From: an uncultured Spirochaetota bacterium
GTDB taxonomy: Bacteria > Spirochaetota > Spirochaetia > SZUA-6 > Fen-1364
Direction of reading: 5' to 3'
Length of the DNA stretch: 64,000 bases
Assembly (NCBI GenBank): GCA_963781885.1
Contig: CAWAHW010000004.1
Span: 288,001 to 352,000 of the forward strand
The position numbers and the translations under genes are program-made. Below, piece by piece: positions 18,384 through 29,674 of this stretch; the first letter of the stretch is position 1, and each line of letters starts with the position of its first letter. A model generated the notes under the pieces. It did not search any database and had not been told where the DNA came from. It saw only the letters and a program-made list of their open reading frames with translations.

Positions 18384-18421
18384 AGTCATGGTCTGCGGAA
18401 ATCGGAAGAGAGGAGGCGCTG

Positions 18422-18958
18422 ATGATCGGTTCGATGATGAACGATGCAAAGGTGGACCAGGTGAAGCAGCTCATCAGCTTCACCGTGGGCGAGGTGGAAT
18501 ACGGCATGGAGCTGCTGCGGGTCAAGGAGGTTATTCGTGTCGGCGCAATTACGCGCATGCCCCGGGCCCCGGTCTTCCTCAAGGGGGTCATCAATCTCCG
18601 CGGGGAGATCATCCCTGTCATCGACCTGGGGGAGCGCTTCGGGCTGCCGCCGCGGGCGAACAGCGAGACAACGCGCTTGATCGTCGCGGAGATAGGGGAA
18701 AAATCCGTCGGCCTGCTGGTCGACGGCGTGAGTCACGTCATGCGGATCGCGCTCGACGAGATCGATTCCGAACCGGTCTGGCGCGACTGGCTCACGCGCA
18801 CGTTCGTGTCCGGCGTCGCGCGCGTCGACGATCGACTGGTCGTGCTTCTGGACATGGACGGTCTCCTCAGCGCGGACGAGCTTGCCGACATGGACGCCGG
18901 GTCAGGTTCCACGGGCGACGGCGAATCAAGGGACGCAATGCACGAGATCGTGCAGTAA
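18422..18958 (+). CDS. cheW: Chemotaxis coupling protein CheW
   Basis: [11 protein letters not shown]...VKEVI...[15 protein letters not shown]...GLLVDGV; GGAGG RBS. Confidence 0.95.
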   Translation: MIGSMMNDAKVDQVKQLISFTVGEVEYGMELLRVKEVIRVGAITRMPRAPVFLKGVINLRGEIIPVIDLGERFGLPPRANSETTRLIVAEIGEKSVGLLVDGVSHVMRIALDEIDSEPVWRDWLTRTFVSGVARVDDRLVVLLDMDGLLSADELADMDAGSGSTGDGESRDAMHEIVQ

Positions 18959-18986
18959 CACATCGGAGCAAGGAGAGGAGTCGGAA

Positions 18987-20855
18987 ATGAAGAACATGAA
19001 AATGATCGTGAAGCTGCTCTTAAGCTTCAGCCTGGTGGCGCTCATCGTGCTGGCTGTCGGCTATTTCGGCCTGACGGGCTCCGCGGAATTGAGCGGCGGC
19101 GTCCACGACATCGGGGAAGGCTCCATGCCGTCCCTGGAGAATCTCATGGTCATCGACAAGGCGATGATGACGGTGGACGATTCGGAGAACGCCCTCATGG
19201 TGAAGGGCCTTTCAGGCGATCTCCAGCAGAGCGCTTTTGCGGCCTTCGACGCGGCAAAGAAGGACGCGGACGACGCGATAAAGACCTACACCTCCCTTTC
19301 CATGAGCGGCGATGAAGCCACCCTCTGGAAGCAGTTCACGCCGGCGTGGGAGGCATGGTGGAAGGATCACGAGACTCTGGTGGCCCTTGTCAAAGGGTAC
19401 GAAAGCGCCCCCACCGACCAGAACTACGGCAAGCTCACCCAGTGGGGGCTCGATACGAGCATGGCCTCCTTCAACGCGCTGGAAAAAATCGTCACCCCGC
19501 TTATCCAGCTGCAGAAAAAGGAGGCAGCGGACGGCGTGGCGGCCGCGGAGGCCACCGCCACACGCGTGCGCATCATCGCCATCGCGGGAATCGTCGCCGG
19601 GCCGCTCATCGCGATCCTCCTGGGAATCATCCTCGCCCTGTCCATCACGAGGCCGCTGGTGAAGAGCGTCAAGTTCGCCGAGCTGGTATCCTCGGGGGAC
19701 TTCACGCAGAACCTGAACATCCACCAGCGCGACGAGATCGGCGTCCTGTCGCACGCGCTCAACGACATGTCGGTGAAGCTGCGCGACATGGTGGCGACGA
19801 TCAAGACGAGCGCCCAGCAGGTCGCCGCCTCCAGCGAGGAGCTTTCCGCGACATCGCAGTCGCTCGCCGGCGGCGCCCAGAGCCAGGCATCGACCCTGGA
19901 GGAGACATCGGCCTCCATGGAAGAGCTCACGGCCTCCGTGGAGCAGGTGAGCGAGCACGCGCAGGGCCAGGCCGCCGCCGTGCAGCAGGGAGCCACGTCG
20001 ATGGCGCAGGTGCAGAAATCCATCGACGAGATTTCGCGAAGCCTTTCGGAGATATCGGGGCTCGCGGCCAAGTCCGTCGACAATGCGCAGGAAGGCACCC
20101 GGGCGGTTTCGCAGGTCGTGGACGGCATCTCACGGATCGCGGACAGTTCCGAAAAGATCGGGGGCATCGTCACGGTCATCTCGGAAATCGCCGACCAGAC
20201 GAACCTGCTTGCGCTCAACGCCTCCATCGAAGCGGCGCGCGCGGGCGAGCATGGACGCGGATTCGCCGTCGTGGCCGACGAGGTGAGCAAGCTGGCCGAT
20301 CGCAGCTCCTCCTCCACCAAGGAGATCGAGGGCCTGATCAAGGAAAGCGTGAAGAACGTCACGCGGGGGGTGGAGATCGCCAACGGCTCCCAGGGAGCGA
20401 TGGAGCAGATCCGCAATGCCTCGCAGAAGGTAAAGGACATGATCGCGGGGCTGACCGATTCGATGCAGCAGCAGGTGACGGCGGTCAAGGACCTGGCGGC
20501 GGCCCTGGAAAACGTGAGCGAGATGAGCCAGAGCATCTCCGCGGCCACCGAGCAGCAGAGCGCAAACGCGAAGCAGGTGTCCAAGGCCGTCGAAAGCGTC
20601 AACGAGCTCACGCAGGCGGCCGCCTCGTCGACGGAAGAAATGTCCTCCTCCACCGAGGAGCTGTCCGGCATGGCGCAGGAGCTCCAGCACATGACGGAGC
20701 AGTTCAAGATCGACGGCGAGTCCATCGCCGACGCCGAGTCGCCGGGACTGGCGGCAGCGGCAGGAGGCGGACATGGCGCGGGCAACGGCAACGGAAACGG
20801 CTCCAAGAACGGGAAGCCGGCGCTCGAGCTCGTTTCGCATGGCGCTCGCGCCTGA
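18987..20855 (+). CDS. Methyl-accepting chemotaxis protein (TM, four-helix-bundle sensor, TM, HAMP, signalling domain)
   Basis: Two TM helices, [44 protein letters not shown]. Confidence 0.95.
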   Translation: MKNMKMIVKLLLSFSLVALIVLAVGYFGLTGSAELSGGVHDIGEGSMPSLENLMVIDKAMMTVDDSENALMVKGLSGDLQQSAFAAFDAAKKDADDAIKTYTSLSMSGDEATLWKQFTPAWEAWWKDHETLVALVKGYESAPTDQNYGKLTQWGLDTSMASFNALEKIVTPLIQLQKKEAADGVAAAEATATRVRIIAIAGIVAGPLIAILLGIILALSITRPLVKSVKFAELVSSGDFTQNLNIHQRDEIGVLSHALNDMSVKLRDMVATIKTSAQQVAASSEELSATSQSLAGGAQSQASTLEETSASMEELTASVEQVSEHAQGQAAAVQQGATSMAQVQKSIDEISRSLSEISGLAAKSVDNAQEGTRAVSQVVDGISRIADSSEKIGGIVTVISEIADQTNLLALNASIEAARAGEHGRGFAVVADEVSKLADRSSSSTKEIEGLIKESVKNVTRGVEIANGSQGAMEQIRNASQKVKDMIAGLTDSMQQQVTAVKDLAAALENVSEMSQSISAATEQQSANAKQVSKAVESVNELTQAAASSTEEMSSSTEELSGMAQELQHMTEQFKIDGESIADAESPGLAAAAGGGHGAGNGNGNGSKNGKPALELVSHGARA

Positions 20856-20972
20856 CGGTGGGCGCCGCCTAGAAAATGACGGGGGAGGAGGCAAGCCTTG
20901 ATGGGGTCGCAGGTGCGGCCGCGCCGGGAGATCCTCCCCGTCCTGTTGCAGGACTGAAAGAGAGACGTCCTT

Positions 20973-22277
20973 ATGGCGCGAGACCCGGATGCGGCCGTGG
21001 GCCTGGAGCCCGGCATCGAAGACGGCGCAAGGCTTTTTCGCGCGACGTACGACGCGGCGCGGGAGGGGATGCGCATGCGCGACATTTCCAATGGGGCGCC
21101 GGCCGGGCACTCCGCGCGCTTCTATGCCCGTCTCCTTCAGGAGGTCGGTCAGGCGGTGGTCGCCGTCGATCTCGACGGCAGGATCATCTACTGGAACAGG
21201 GCGGCAAGCGAGCTTTTCGGCTGGACGGAGGAGGAAATCCTGGCACGGAGCCTCGACGAGCTTCTCACGCCGCAGGAAGGGCGGGTCGGATTCGTGCGCG
21301 GTCCGGGCGAGCTGAGCGGCGGCGTCCATGGCCGCGAAGCCCTCGTCCGCGACAGGAGAGGAAGAGCCTTCCTCAGCCAGTTGAGCGCGTCATCCCTGTT
21401 GGACGAGGTTGGGGCGCGTGTCGGAACCGTCCTGACGGCGTTCGACCTCACGGCGCGCAAGCAGCTGGAAGAGGTGCTCCGGGAGAGCGAAGAGCGCTTT
21501 CACCAGGCGCAGAAGATGGAGCCGCTCGGCCGCCTGGCAGGAGGAATCGCCCATGACTTCAACAACATCCTCACCGTGATCAAGGGCTACTGCGAAATGA
21601 TCGTCCAGCGCGTGGCGGACGACGTCCGGGAGGATATGCGGGAGGTGCTCCGCGCCACGGAACGGGCGACAGCCCTCGCGTCCCAGCTCCTCGCGTTCAG
21701 CAGGAAGGAGGTTCCCCAGGCGCGCCTGGTCTCCCTCGGGCTCTTGACGGCGGCCATGCGCAACATGCTCCAAAGGCTGATCGGGGAAGACATCGATCTG
21801 CGCATCCACGTCGGCCGGGACGTATGGCTCATCCGCGCCGATCCGGTGAGGATCGAGCAGGTCATCATGAATCTCGCCGTGAACGCGCGGGACGCCATGC
21901 CGCACGGCGGGGCGCTCATGATCGCAACGGACGCTGCCGTCGTCGACCGCGTGCATCCCGCGGCGCTCCCCGGTGTGCCGGACGGCGAATACGTCGTGCT
22001 TACCGTGCGCGACACCGGCGTCGGAATGAGCCGGTCGATCCTGGAGCATATCTTCGAGCCATTTTTCACGACAAAGGAGAAAGGCAAGGGCACCGGGCTG
22101 GGCCTTGCGACAGTCAACGGGATCGTCAAACAGTGCGGCGGTTTCGTTCAATGCGCGAGCGCGCCGGGCGAAGGAACGACATTCACCGTCTGCTTCCCGC
22201 GGTGCCCGGAGGAGACTTTCAGCGGTTCAGAAGGCTCTCCACCCTCGCCTTCACCGTCGGCCAGTCCTCCGCGGTGA
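20973..22277 (+). CDS. PAS-domain sensor histidine kinase without a receiver domain
   Basis: [19 protein letters not shown]; [19 protein letters not shown]; [10 protein letters not shown]; DTGVGM; GTGLGL. Confidence 0.92.
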   Translation: MARDPDAAVGLEPGIEDGARLFRATYDAAREGMRMRDISNGAPAGHSARFYARLLQEVGQAVVAVDLDGRIIYWNRAASELFGWTEEEILARSLDELLTPQEGRVGFVRGPGELSGGVHGREALVRDRRGRAFLSQLSASSLLDEVGARVGTVLTAFDLTARKQLEEVLRESEERFHQAQKMEPLGRLAGGIAHDFNNILTVIKGYCEMIVQRVADDVREDMREVLRATERATALASQLLAFSRKEVPQARLVSLGLLTAAMRNMLQRLIGEDIDLRIHVGRDVWLIRADPVRIEQVIMNLAVNARDAMPHGGALMIATDAAVVDRVHPAALPGVPDGEYVVLTVRDTGVGMSRSILEHIFEPFFTTKEKGKGTGLGLATVNGIVKQCGGFVQCASAPGEGTTFTVCFPRCPEETFSGSEGSPPSPSPSASPPR

Positions 22278-22902
22278 TGCTGAAGAAGACCGAGTGACGG
22301 ACGCGGCCGTCATGCGTGATGACGTGATTGCGGAATACCCCTTCCTGCACGGCGCCGATGCGGAGGATGGCGTGCCGGGAGCGCTCGTTCAGAGAATCCG
22401 TCTTCAGCTCGATGCGCAGGACGTCCAGCGTCTCGAAGGCGTGGCGGAGCATCAGGTACTTCGCCTCCGTGTTCACGCCCGTGCGCTGCCATTCCCGCCC
22501 GATCCACGTCCAGCCTATTTCCATGCGCCGGTTCTTCGCGTCGATGTTCCCGAACCGGGTGGCGCCGACCACCGTATCGGGGCTTCCTTTTCCCCGCAGC
22601 ACGGTGACGAATGGAATCGCCGTCCCGTTCGCGCGGGAAGACAGGGCATCCTGTACGTAGCGTTCCATGTCGGCCCGCCCGGCGAAGCGTCCCGGCATGA
22701 AGTGAAAAATTTCCGCGTCGCCCCCCGCGGCGCAAAGGGCATCGAGGTGCCCCCGCTGCATCGGCTCGAGGCGCACGGTGGCCCCCTCGAGAACGGGAGC
22801 ATATTCGTCCGGTCGCGGTCTGCTTTCGCGGTGCGTGAAGGCGACGGGTCGCCCCTCCGCGTCGGTGGCGGGCCACGCCCCGCCCGGCGGTTGCTCCGTC
22901 AT
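22219..22902 (-). CDS. GNAT (RimJ/RimL-like) N-acetyltransferase
   Basis: EIGWTWI...WQRTGVNTEAKYLML...N.RSR.AI.RIGA..EG. Confidence 0.9.
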   Translation of the reverse strand: MTEQPPGGAWPATDAEGRPVAFTHRESRPRPDEYAPVLEGATVRLEPMQRGHLDALCAAGGDAEIFHFMPGRFAGRADMERYVQDALSSRANGTAIPFVTVLRGKGSPDTVVGATRFGNIDAKNRRMEIGWTWIGREWQRTGVNTEAKYLMLRHAFETLDVLRIELKTDSLNERSRHAILRIGAVQEGVFRNHVITHDGRVRHSVFFSITAEDWPTVKARVESLLNR

Positions 22903-22993
22903 GCTTCCATAATACCCACGCGACCCCGCGCCGAGCCAGTCCGACGATCTCGTGGACTTCCCGCCGGGTCATAGCTATCTTGAATCTCAACTT

Positions 22994-24782
22994 GTGAAGC
23001 GGAAATCAGAGCACACAGGCCTCCGGGGCCTGAAGACACTGCTGCCCTATCTCAAAGAGCGATGGGTGATCCTTTCATCGGGCTTTGCCTTCATGCTCGT
23101 GCAGAATTACGGGGCGATGATGGTGCCCACCTATTTCCAGAAGATCCTGGATGAGGTGACCGGCGCCAATCGCGCGCCGGTCGTCTGGCACCTCATCGGC
23201 ATGGCCTGCCTCTGGGCGGGGATCACCGTTGTATCACTCTATGGCATGCGGCGGCTCATCATCGGGGCGTCGCGCACCATCGAATACAGCCTGCGCCGCC
23301 GCATCCACGGCCGGCTCCTGGAGCTGGACTACGCGTTCTTCCAGGCGCACGAGACTGGTGACCTCGTCTCGAGGACGACAAATGACCTCGACAATGTCCG
23401 CACCCTCCTGGGACCCGGCGTCATGTACATCCCCAACAGCCTCAGCATGTTCATCTTCTTCTTCCCCGTGCTTTTCCGTCTGAACGGCCCGCTGATGCTC
23501 GTGGTCTCGGGCGTGCTCGTGCTGGTGATCGCGCTGATCTTCGTGATCCTGCCCCGGCTCGGCGCCGCTCTATCGGCGCATCCAGGAAGCCACGGGGACG
23601 ATCAACAGCCGCGTATGGCAGGTGGTGTCCGGCATCGGAACGGTGAAGCTCCACACCATGGAAGACCGGGAGGAGGAGCGCTTCCGGGAGCTGAACCGCG
23701 ATTTCCTGAAGCGCAACATGGCAACCGTCAGGGTCCAGGAGTTTCTCTGGCCGCTCTTCGGTTTCGTCTTTGCCCTTACGCAGCTCGTGATCATCTTTGT
23801 CGGCGGGAGCTTCGTCATCCGCGGGGCCATGACCCTGGGGCAGCTCCTCCAGTTCAACGTCATGATCACTGCGCTCACCTTTCCCGTCCTCTCATTGGGC
23901 TGGATCATGTCGCTCCTCCAGCAGGGAATCAGCGCCATGGGGAGGATCAATACAATCCTGCACGGGCCCGACGAGATCCGGCAGGACTGGCAGAGCCCGG
24001 GCGCGGCGCACCTTTCTTTCGAGGTGAAGGGGCTCTCGTTCACCTACCCCAAGCAGACGAAGCCCGCCCTGCGCGACGTGAGCCTCACGATTCGCCCGGG
24101 CGAGTTCATCGGCATCACGGGGACGATCGGCAGCGGCAAAAGCACGCTGATCAACCTGCTGACCGGCCTCCTGCGACCGCCGCGCGGCGCGGTGTTCGTC
24201 AACGGCATCGACATCCGCGACGTCGAACCCGCAGAATTGTTCGCGCGCATGGGGATCGTGTCGCAGTCGCCCTTCCTGTTCTCGCGCAGCCTCGCGGCGA
24301 ACATCGCACTGGGGGCGGACGGAAAAGGAAGCGATGACGCAGTGCGGGAAGCGGCGACGCTGGCGGGGCTCAGCCACGACGTTGCCTCTTTTGCAGAAGG
24401 ATACGGCCAGCTCATCGGCGAAAGGGGCATCACGCTCTCGGGCGGGCAGAAGCAAAGGACGGCCATCGCGCGGGCGCTCCTGCGGCGCGGGTCGGTCGTG
24501 ATCCTCGACGATTCGCTTTCCAGCGTCGATGCGCGCACGGAGGCCGCGATCATCGACAATCTCCTCACGCTCCGCGCGAACAGGACGCTCATCGTCATCT
24601 CGCACCGCATCTCCCCGCTGAAGGCGGCAGACAGGATCTACGTGCTGGACGACGGGGCGATCGCGGAGGTAGGCACACACGCCGCGCTGGCGGATGGCAC
24701 GGGGCTGTATTCGCGGCTCGTGCGTCTCCAGCAGCTCGAGAAGAAGCTCGCGGACCCCGAGGAAGAAGAGGCGGTGGGCTGA
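22994..24782 (+). CDS. ABC exporter (TMD+NBD) heterodimer subunit; frameshifted near 23560
   Basis: ORF 22952-24337 carries the N-terminal TMD; ORF 23622-24782 continues with GTIGSGKST and LSGGQKQR. Confidence 0.85.
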
Positions 24783-26560
24783 TGGCAGAGGCAAAGCGCT
24801 CCCGCGTCGCCGGCATCCGGCGCCTCATTCCGTACGTCCGCCGCCACGCATGGCTCGCCGTCGCCGGGCTGATTGCGCTGATCGTGATGGACCTTTTATC
24901 TGTCGTCCAGCCGTACCTCGTGAAAGTCGCCATCGACACGAACGTCGCCGCGCGCGACCTTGCGGGGCTCGGCCGCACCGTGCTGCTGCTGGGCATCGTG
25001 CTGGCGGGCGGTTTCGCGGTGCAGGTGCTCTTCGGCATCGGCATCCAGTACCTGGGACAGCGGCTTGTCTTCGACATCCGCATGGACCTTTACCGCAAGG
25101 TGCTCGGCCTCTCCAACGACTATTTCGACCGCACGCCGGTGGGCAAGACCCTCACCAACCTTTCCAACGACGTGGAGGCCCTGCGGGAGTTCATCGCCGA
25201 AGGTGTCGTGAGCATCGCCGGCGATCTATTGAAGGTCGCTTTCATCCTCGCCGCCATGGTCGTCATCAACCCGCGTCTTGCCCTCATCACGTTCATCACC
25301 ATCCCGCTCTTCGTCGGCGCCACCCTCGCCTTCCGCACGAGCATCCGCGCTGGCTACCGGGAGGTGCGCACCGCAAACGGCGAAATCAACGTCGCGCTGT
25401 CGGAGACCATCTCGGGTATCCGCGAGATTCACCAGTTCACCGGGGAGAAGGAGAGTCGGGAGGCCTTTGACCGGAGCAACACGCACTACCTCAAGGCGTA
25501 CCTGGGCATCGTGAACGCCTACGCCCTTTTCTTCCCCGCCATCGAGGTCATTGTCAATACGGCCATGATCCTCATCCTCCTGTTCGCCCACTTCGCCATC
25601 GGCATGTCGCTGCACGTCGGCGAGATCTTCGCGTTCTTCGCGTACGTGAACATGTTCTTCTGGCCGCTGCGCCAGCTTGCGGAGAGATTCAACCTCTTCC
25701 AGGCCGCGGTCGCGGCAACGGAGCGCATCTTCGTGCTCCTGGACGAAAAGGTGACGATTGTCTCACCGGCACCGTGGGAGCCTGCTGCCGACGGCGCGCG
25801 CGAGGGCGTGCGGACGCGGCGCGCGTCGGAAGTGGTCTTCGATCGCGTGAGCTTCCACTATTCGGAAGGCACGCCGATACTCCGCGACATTTCCATCCGG
25901 ATCGCACCGGGGGAGAAGGTCGCAATCGTCGGGCCGACGGGAAGCGGCAAGACCACGCTCATCAGCCTTCTCGCCCGGCTGTACGACGTGGTGGCGGGGC
26001 GCATCACGCTGGACGGCACCGATCTGCGGGGGATGCCGCTGCAGGAGCTGCGCCGCGCGGTGGCCACGGTGCCCCAGGATGTCTTCCTGTTCACGGGAAC
26101 CGTGGCGGACAACATCTCCCTCTATCAGCCGGACGTGGACGCGCCCACCATCGAGCATGCGTCACGCGAAGTGCATGCGGACCGGTTCATCGCCAACCTG
26201 CCCAATGGTTTTGCCGAAGAGGTCCGCGAGGAGGGGCGTCGCCTCTCCGAGGGCCAACGCCAGCTCCTGGGTCTGGCGCGCGCGTTTGCCCGCGACCCGT
26301 CGGTTGTCATCCTGGACGAGGCGACGTCCAACATCGATTCGGAGACCGAGCACCTGATCGAGGACGGCATCCACCGGCTCCTGGAGGGCCGCACCGCAAT
26401 CATCATCGCCCACCGGCTCTCAACCATCCGCACCGTGGACCGCATCCTCGTGCTCCACCACGGCGAGATCGTGCAGGAGGGCAGACACGAGGAGCTTGCC
26501 GCCCGCGACGGCCTGTACCGCGAGCTTTACGAGATGCAGTCGCTCCTGCTCGCGCGATAG
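24782..26560 (+). CDS. ABC exporter (TMD+NBD) heterodimer partner
   Basis: GPTGSGKTT, LSEGQRQ, ILDEATS, IAHRLST; TGATG coupling to the upstream gene. Confidence 0.93.
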   Translation: MAEAKRSRVAGIRRLIPYVRRHAWLAVAGLIALIVMDLLSVVQPYLVKVAIDTNVAARDLAGLGRTVLLLGIVLAGGFAVQVLFGIGIQYLGQRLVFDIRMDLYRKVLGLSNDYFDRTPVGKTLTNLSNDVEALREFIAEGVVSIAGDLLKVAFILAAMVVINPRLALITFITIPLFVGATLAFRTSIRAGYREVRTANGEINVALSETISGIREIHQFTGEKESREAFDRSNTHYLKAYLGIVNAYALFFPAIEVIVNTAMILILLFAHFAIGMSLHVGEIFAFFAYVNMFFWPLRQLAERFNLFQAAVAATERIFVLLDEKVTIVSPAPWEPAADGAREGVRTRRASEVVFDRVSFHYSEGTPILRDISIRIAPGEKVAIVGPTGSGKTTLISLLARLYDVVAGRITLDGTDLRGMPLQELRRAVATVPQDVFLFTGTVADNISLYQPDVDAPTIEHASREVHADRFIANLPNGFAEEVREEGRRLSEGQRQLLGLARAFARDPSVVILDEATSNIDSETEHLIEDGIHRLLEGRTAIIIAHRLSTIRTVDRILVLHHGEIVQEGRHEELAARDGLYRELYEMQSLLLAR

Positions 26561-26570
26561 ACGCGGCTCC

Positions 26571-29500
26571 TCATTCCGATTTCAGGACTTCCCTTATCTT
26601 GGCGGCAAGTGCCTGGATGGTGTACGGCTTTGCAATGAATTCCAAATTGTCGTCGACAATTCCATGATGAGCGATCACATTGCGCGTATATCCCGACGTG
26701 AACAGGATCTTCATTTCCGGATGCAAGGCGTGAAGGCGATCGGCCAGCTCGGGTCCGGTCATGCCCGGCATCACCACGTCGGTCATGAGGAGGTCGATGC
26801 GATCCCTGTATTTCGCGGCGAAATCGAGGACCTCAGGGACGGTGGAAGGGGACAGTACCTTGTAGTGGAGGCTTGTCAGTGCCTTCACGGCAAACATGCG
26901 CACGCTGTCATTGTCCTCGACAACCAGAATCGTCTGGTTTCCTGTCGGCAATTCACGGTGAATGCTCTCTCTGACGAGCTCCTCTGACTTCTCTTCGATT
27001 CTTGGAAGGTAAATCCGAAATTGCGTCCCCCGCCCTTCTTCTGAATATACCTCAATCGCTCCTCCCGACTGTTTCACAATGCCGAAGACTGTTGCCAGAC
27101 CGAGCCCCGTCCCCTGCCCCACGGGTTTCGTTGTGTAGAATGGCTCGAACAGATGTGCTTTCACCTCCTCGCTCATTCCGTGCCCCGAGTCGCTCATGGC
27201 AAAAAGCACATACCTGCCGGGATGTGTCTCGGGATGATGCACGCAGTATTCCTCGTCGAATTCGACGTTTGATGTCTCGATGATGAGTTTGCCGCCGCTG
27301 GGCATCGCGGCGCGTGCGTTTGTCGCCAGGTTCAACAGAATCTGTTCTATCTGCCCGGGATCGACGCGGACGTTTCCAAGCTCCCTGTCGAGAACGGTTT
27401 CCAGCGCGACGTCCTCTCCAAGAAGACGGGTCAACATATTCTGGAACCTGTCGACGAGACCATTCAGATTGAAAACCTTGGGCTGGATGATCTGTCGGCG
27501 TGCAAAAGCGAGGAGCTCGCGGGTCAACGACGCGGCACCCTGCGCGGCCGCGCCGATTTCATCAAGGTATCTCATTGCAGAGCTGGAAGAATCAAGGCTC
27601 ATCCGCGCCAGATCGATGTTGCCGATTATCGCAGTCAGAAGATTGTTGAAATCGTGCGCGATCCCTCCTGCCAACCGCCCGACTGCCTCCATTTTCATTG
27701 CCTGCTGGAGCTTTTCCTGGAGCCTGCTCTGTTCCTCCTGCGACTTCTTGAACTCCGTGATGTCACGATCTATTCCACGATACCCTACGAGCATTCCGTT
27801 CTCGCCGAACACCGGCACCCCGCTTGTTTCCATCACGATCATCCGTCCGTCCTTGTGGCGGTTTCTGTTTTCCAGTCTTTCAAATGGCCTGCCGGATGCG
27901 ACGATTCTCTGGAATTCGGCCTTGATGGGCGCGGCTTCCTCCGCCGACATCAGGTCAAAAGGGGTTGTGCCGAGGATCTCTTCAGGTCGGTATCCCAGCA
28001 CGTCCGTGACTCGTGGACTTGCGTAGGTGTAGGCGCCATTCCGATCTACTTCCCATACCCAATCACTGGTTGTTTCAACCAGAGAGCGGAATCGCTCCTC
28101 GCTCTTCTGCAGTGCTTCTTCCGCCTCTTTGCGCTCGGTGATGTCAGTGGAGATGCTCATTTGGGCATACACGTTCCCCGACGAATCTCTCAACGGGGCG
28201 ATGGAGACACCGATCAGAATCCTGGATCCGTCTTTCTGTCTCTGCTCCAATTCGAGGTTTGTAAGAATTTCCCCTTGCGTAACGCGCTCGCGCAGCGTGC
28301 GATGTCCTTCGCCTTTTTCTTCGAGGACGATGGGCAAGGGTCTTCCGAGGACTTCTCGAGCCGTCCATCCAAACATCTTTTCCGCGGCACTATTCCAGAG
28401 CAAGACATCACCGTCAAGATCGAACATGATAATGGCCAGAGGAGAGTAGTCAAACAAGGCTTGCAGGGTTTCGTTTGACTGTCGAAGGGACTGTTCGGCC
28501 TGTTTAACCTCCACGACTTGCCGCTCCAGGCTCTCGAGGCTTTGCCGCAGTTGCGCGGTCATGCTGTTGAAAGCCACCGCCAGACGGGCGACCTCTCGAG
28601 GCCCGCCGACCATTGCCTGCAGTTCTCTCCTGCCTTCAGCGATATGGGTCGCGGTTTCCATCAGGCTCACCAGGGGCACCGACAGCCGGCGCGCCAAGTA
28701 CACGCCCAGAACACCGGCCAAGACCGCCATGACCAAAGTGATCACGATGGACTCCACGGCCTGACGTATGACCTCCCCGTAGGCCTCTTCCCACGGCAAC
28801 TCGGTCACGACCGCCCAATCCGGCGTCTCCAGCCGAACATAGGTTCCCACCACCTTTGCCCCCATGATTCCCGGATACGTTGTCACTTTCGGCGCGGGGG
28901 CGGAGGCGGGACTGTGGATGAAGTCGCTGACGGTCTTGAGATGACCCACGTTTTCGCCCTTCAAGACGCGGGCCGTGTCGCCGAAGGCGATCAAAGTGCC
29001 TTGTCTATCGACCACATAGGCGTACCCCGTCTCGCGTACCTTGAGGTGAGTCACCAGATCCCACATAAACTTGAGGTCAACTTCAACCGCCAGGAGCCCT
29101 CGATACGTCCCAAAGACGTCGGTCACGGGAACCGCCATGACGACCATGGGTTCACGCGTCGAGGAATCGATATACACAGTGCTGATGTACCTTTCCTTCT
29201 GTCGAATCTCCGCCCGCACATTCCCGTTCAACTGGTCCTCGAGTCGCCACGCCGCGGTCAGTGGGAGGCGGGTGGCCTGGACCACGACCTGGTCCTGGGC
29301 ATCCAACAAAGCCAATTTGAAAAAAGCCGGCTGGAGACCCAACAAGCTGTCCAGCATCAGTTTCTGTTGTTCGAGGGATTCCGCGTATGGATTGGTCAGC
29401 CAGATCGTTGTCTCCAGGATACTGAATTTGTCTTGGATGAAACTGCTGACGCTTCTCGCTGCATCCTGCGCAATGAGTTGTTGATCACTCGAGATGACTG

Positions 29501-29642
29501 TCTTCTGGGTTTGGATACTGGAAAACAACTGCAAGCCGCCGGAAAGAGAGAGCATGAGCACGCCAAAGGTCAAGAAAGCAATGGTCAACGTGGCGGTCAG
29601 GCTCAACACGGCGTGGGGTTTCTTGGTCAGGATCCTCATCAT
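26571..29642 (-). CDS. Hybrid sensor kinase (Cache, HAMP, 2xPAS, kinase, REC)
   Basis: GYAYVVD Cache motif, HAMP, two PAS, AHDFNN, GTGLGL, C-terminal REC (VVEDN, LMTDVVMP). Confidence 0.93.
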   Translation of the reverse strand: MMRILTKKPHAVLSLTATLTIAFLTFGVLMLSLSGGLQLFSSIQTQKTVISSDQQLIAQDAARSVSSFIQDKFSILETTIWLTNPYAESLEQQKLMLDSLLGLQPAFFKLALLDAQDQVVVQATRLPLTAAWRLEDQLNGNVRAEIRQKERYISTVYIDSSTREPMVVMAVPVTDVFGTYRGLLAVEVDLKFMWDLVTHLKVRETGYAYVVDRQGTLIAFGDTARVLKGENVGHLKTVSDFIHSPASAPAPKVTTYPGIMGAKVVGTYVRLETPDWAVVTELPWEEAYGEVIRQAVESIVITLVMAVLAGVLGVYLARRLSVPLVSLMETATHIAEGRRELQAMVGGPREVARLAVAFNSMTAQLRQSLESLERQVVEVKQAEQSLRQSNETLQALFDYSPLAIIMFDLDGDVLLWNSAAEKMFGWTAREVLGRPLPIVLEEKGEGHRTLRERVTQGEILTNLELEQRQKDGSRILIGVSIAPLRDSSGNVYAQMSISTDITERKEAEEALQKSEERFRSLVETTSDWVWEVDRNGAYTYASPRVTDVLGYRPEEILGTTPFDLMSAEEAAPIKAEFQRIVASGRPFERLENRNRHKDGRMIVMETSGVPVFGENGMLVGYRGIDRDITEFKKSQEEQSRLQEKLQQAMKMEAVGRLAGGIAHDFNNLLTAIIGNIDLARMSLDSSSSAMRYLDEIGAAAQGAASLTRELLAFARRQIIQPKVFNLNGLVDRFQNMLTRLLGEDVALETVLDRELGNVRVDPGQIEQILLNLATNARAAMPSGGKLIIETSNVEFDEEYCVHHPETHPGRYVLFAMSDSGHGMSEEVKAHLFEPFYTTKPVGQGTGLGLATVFGIVKQSGGAIEVYSEEGRGTQFRIYLPRIEEKSEELVRESIHRELPTGNQTILVVEDNDSVRMFAVKALTSLHYKVLSPSTVPEVLDFAAKYRDRIDLLMTDVVMPGMTGPELADRLHALHPEMKILFTSGYTRNVIAHHGIVDDNLEFIAKPYTIQALAAKIREVLKSE

Positions 29643-29674
29643 CCTTCTCGTTCTATCCGTGTGCCTTTGCTGAA

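Noticed and set aside
20775-20815. GGCAAC repeats encoding GNGNGNG in the MCP tail
   Set aside because: Short low-complexity linker; not CRISPR or a mobile repeat, and no NWETF-type pentapeptide
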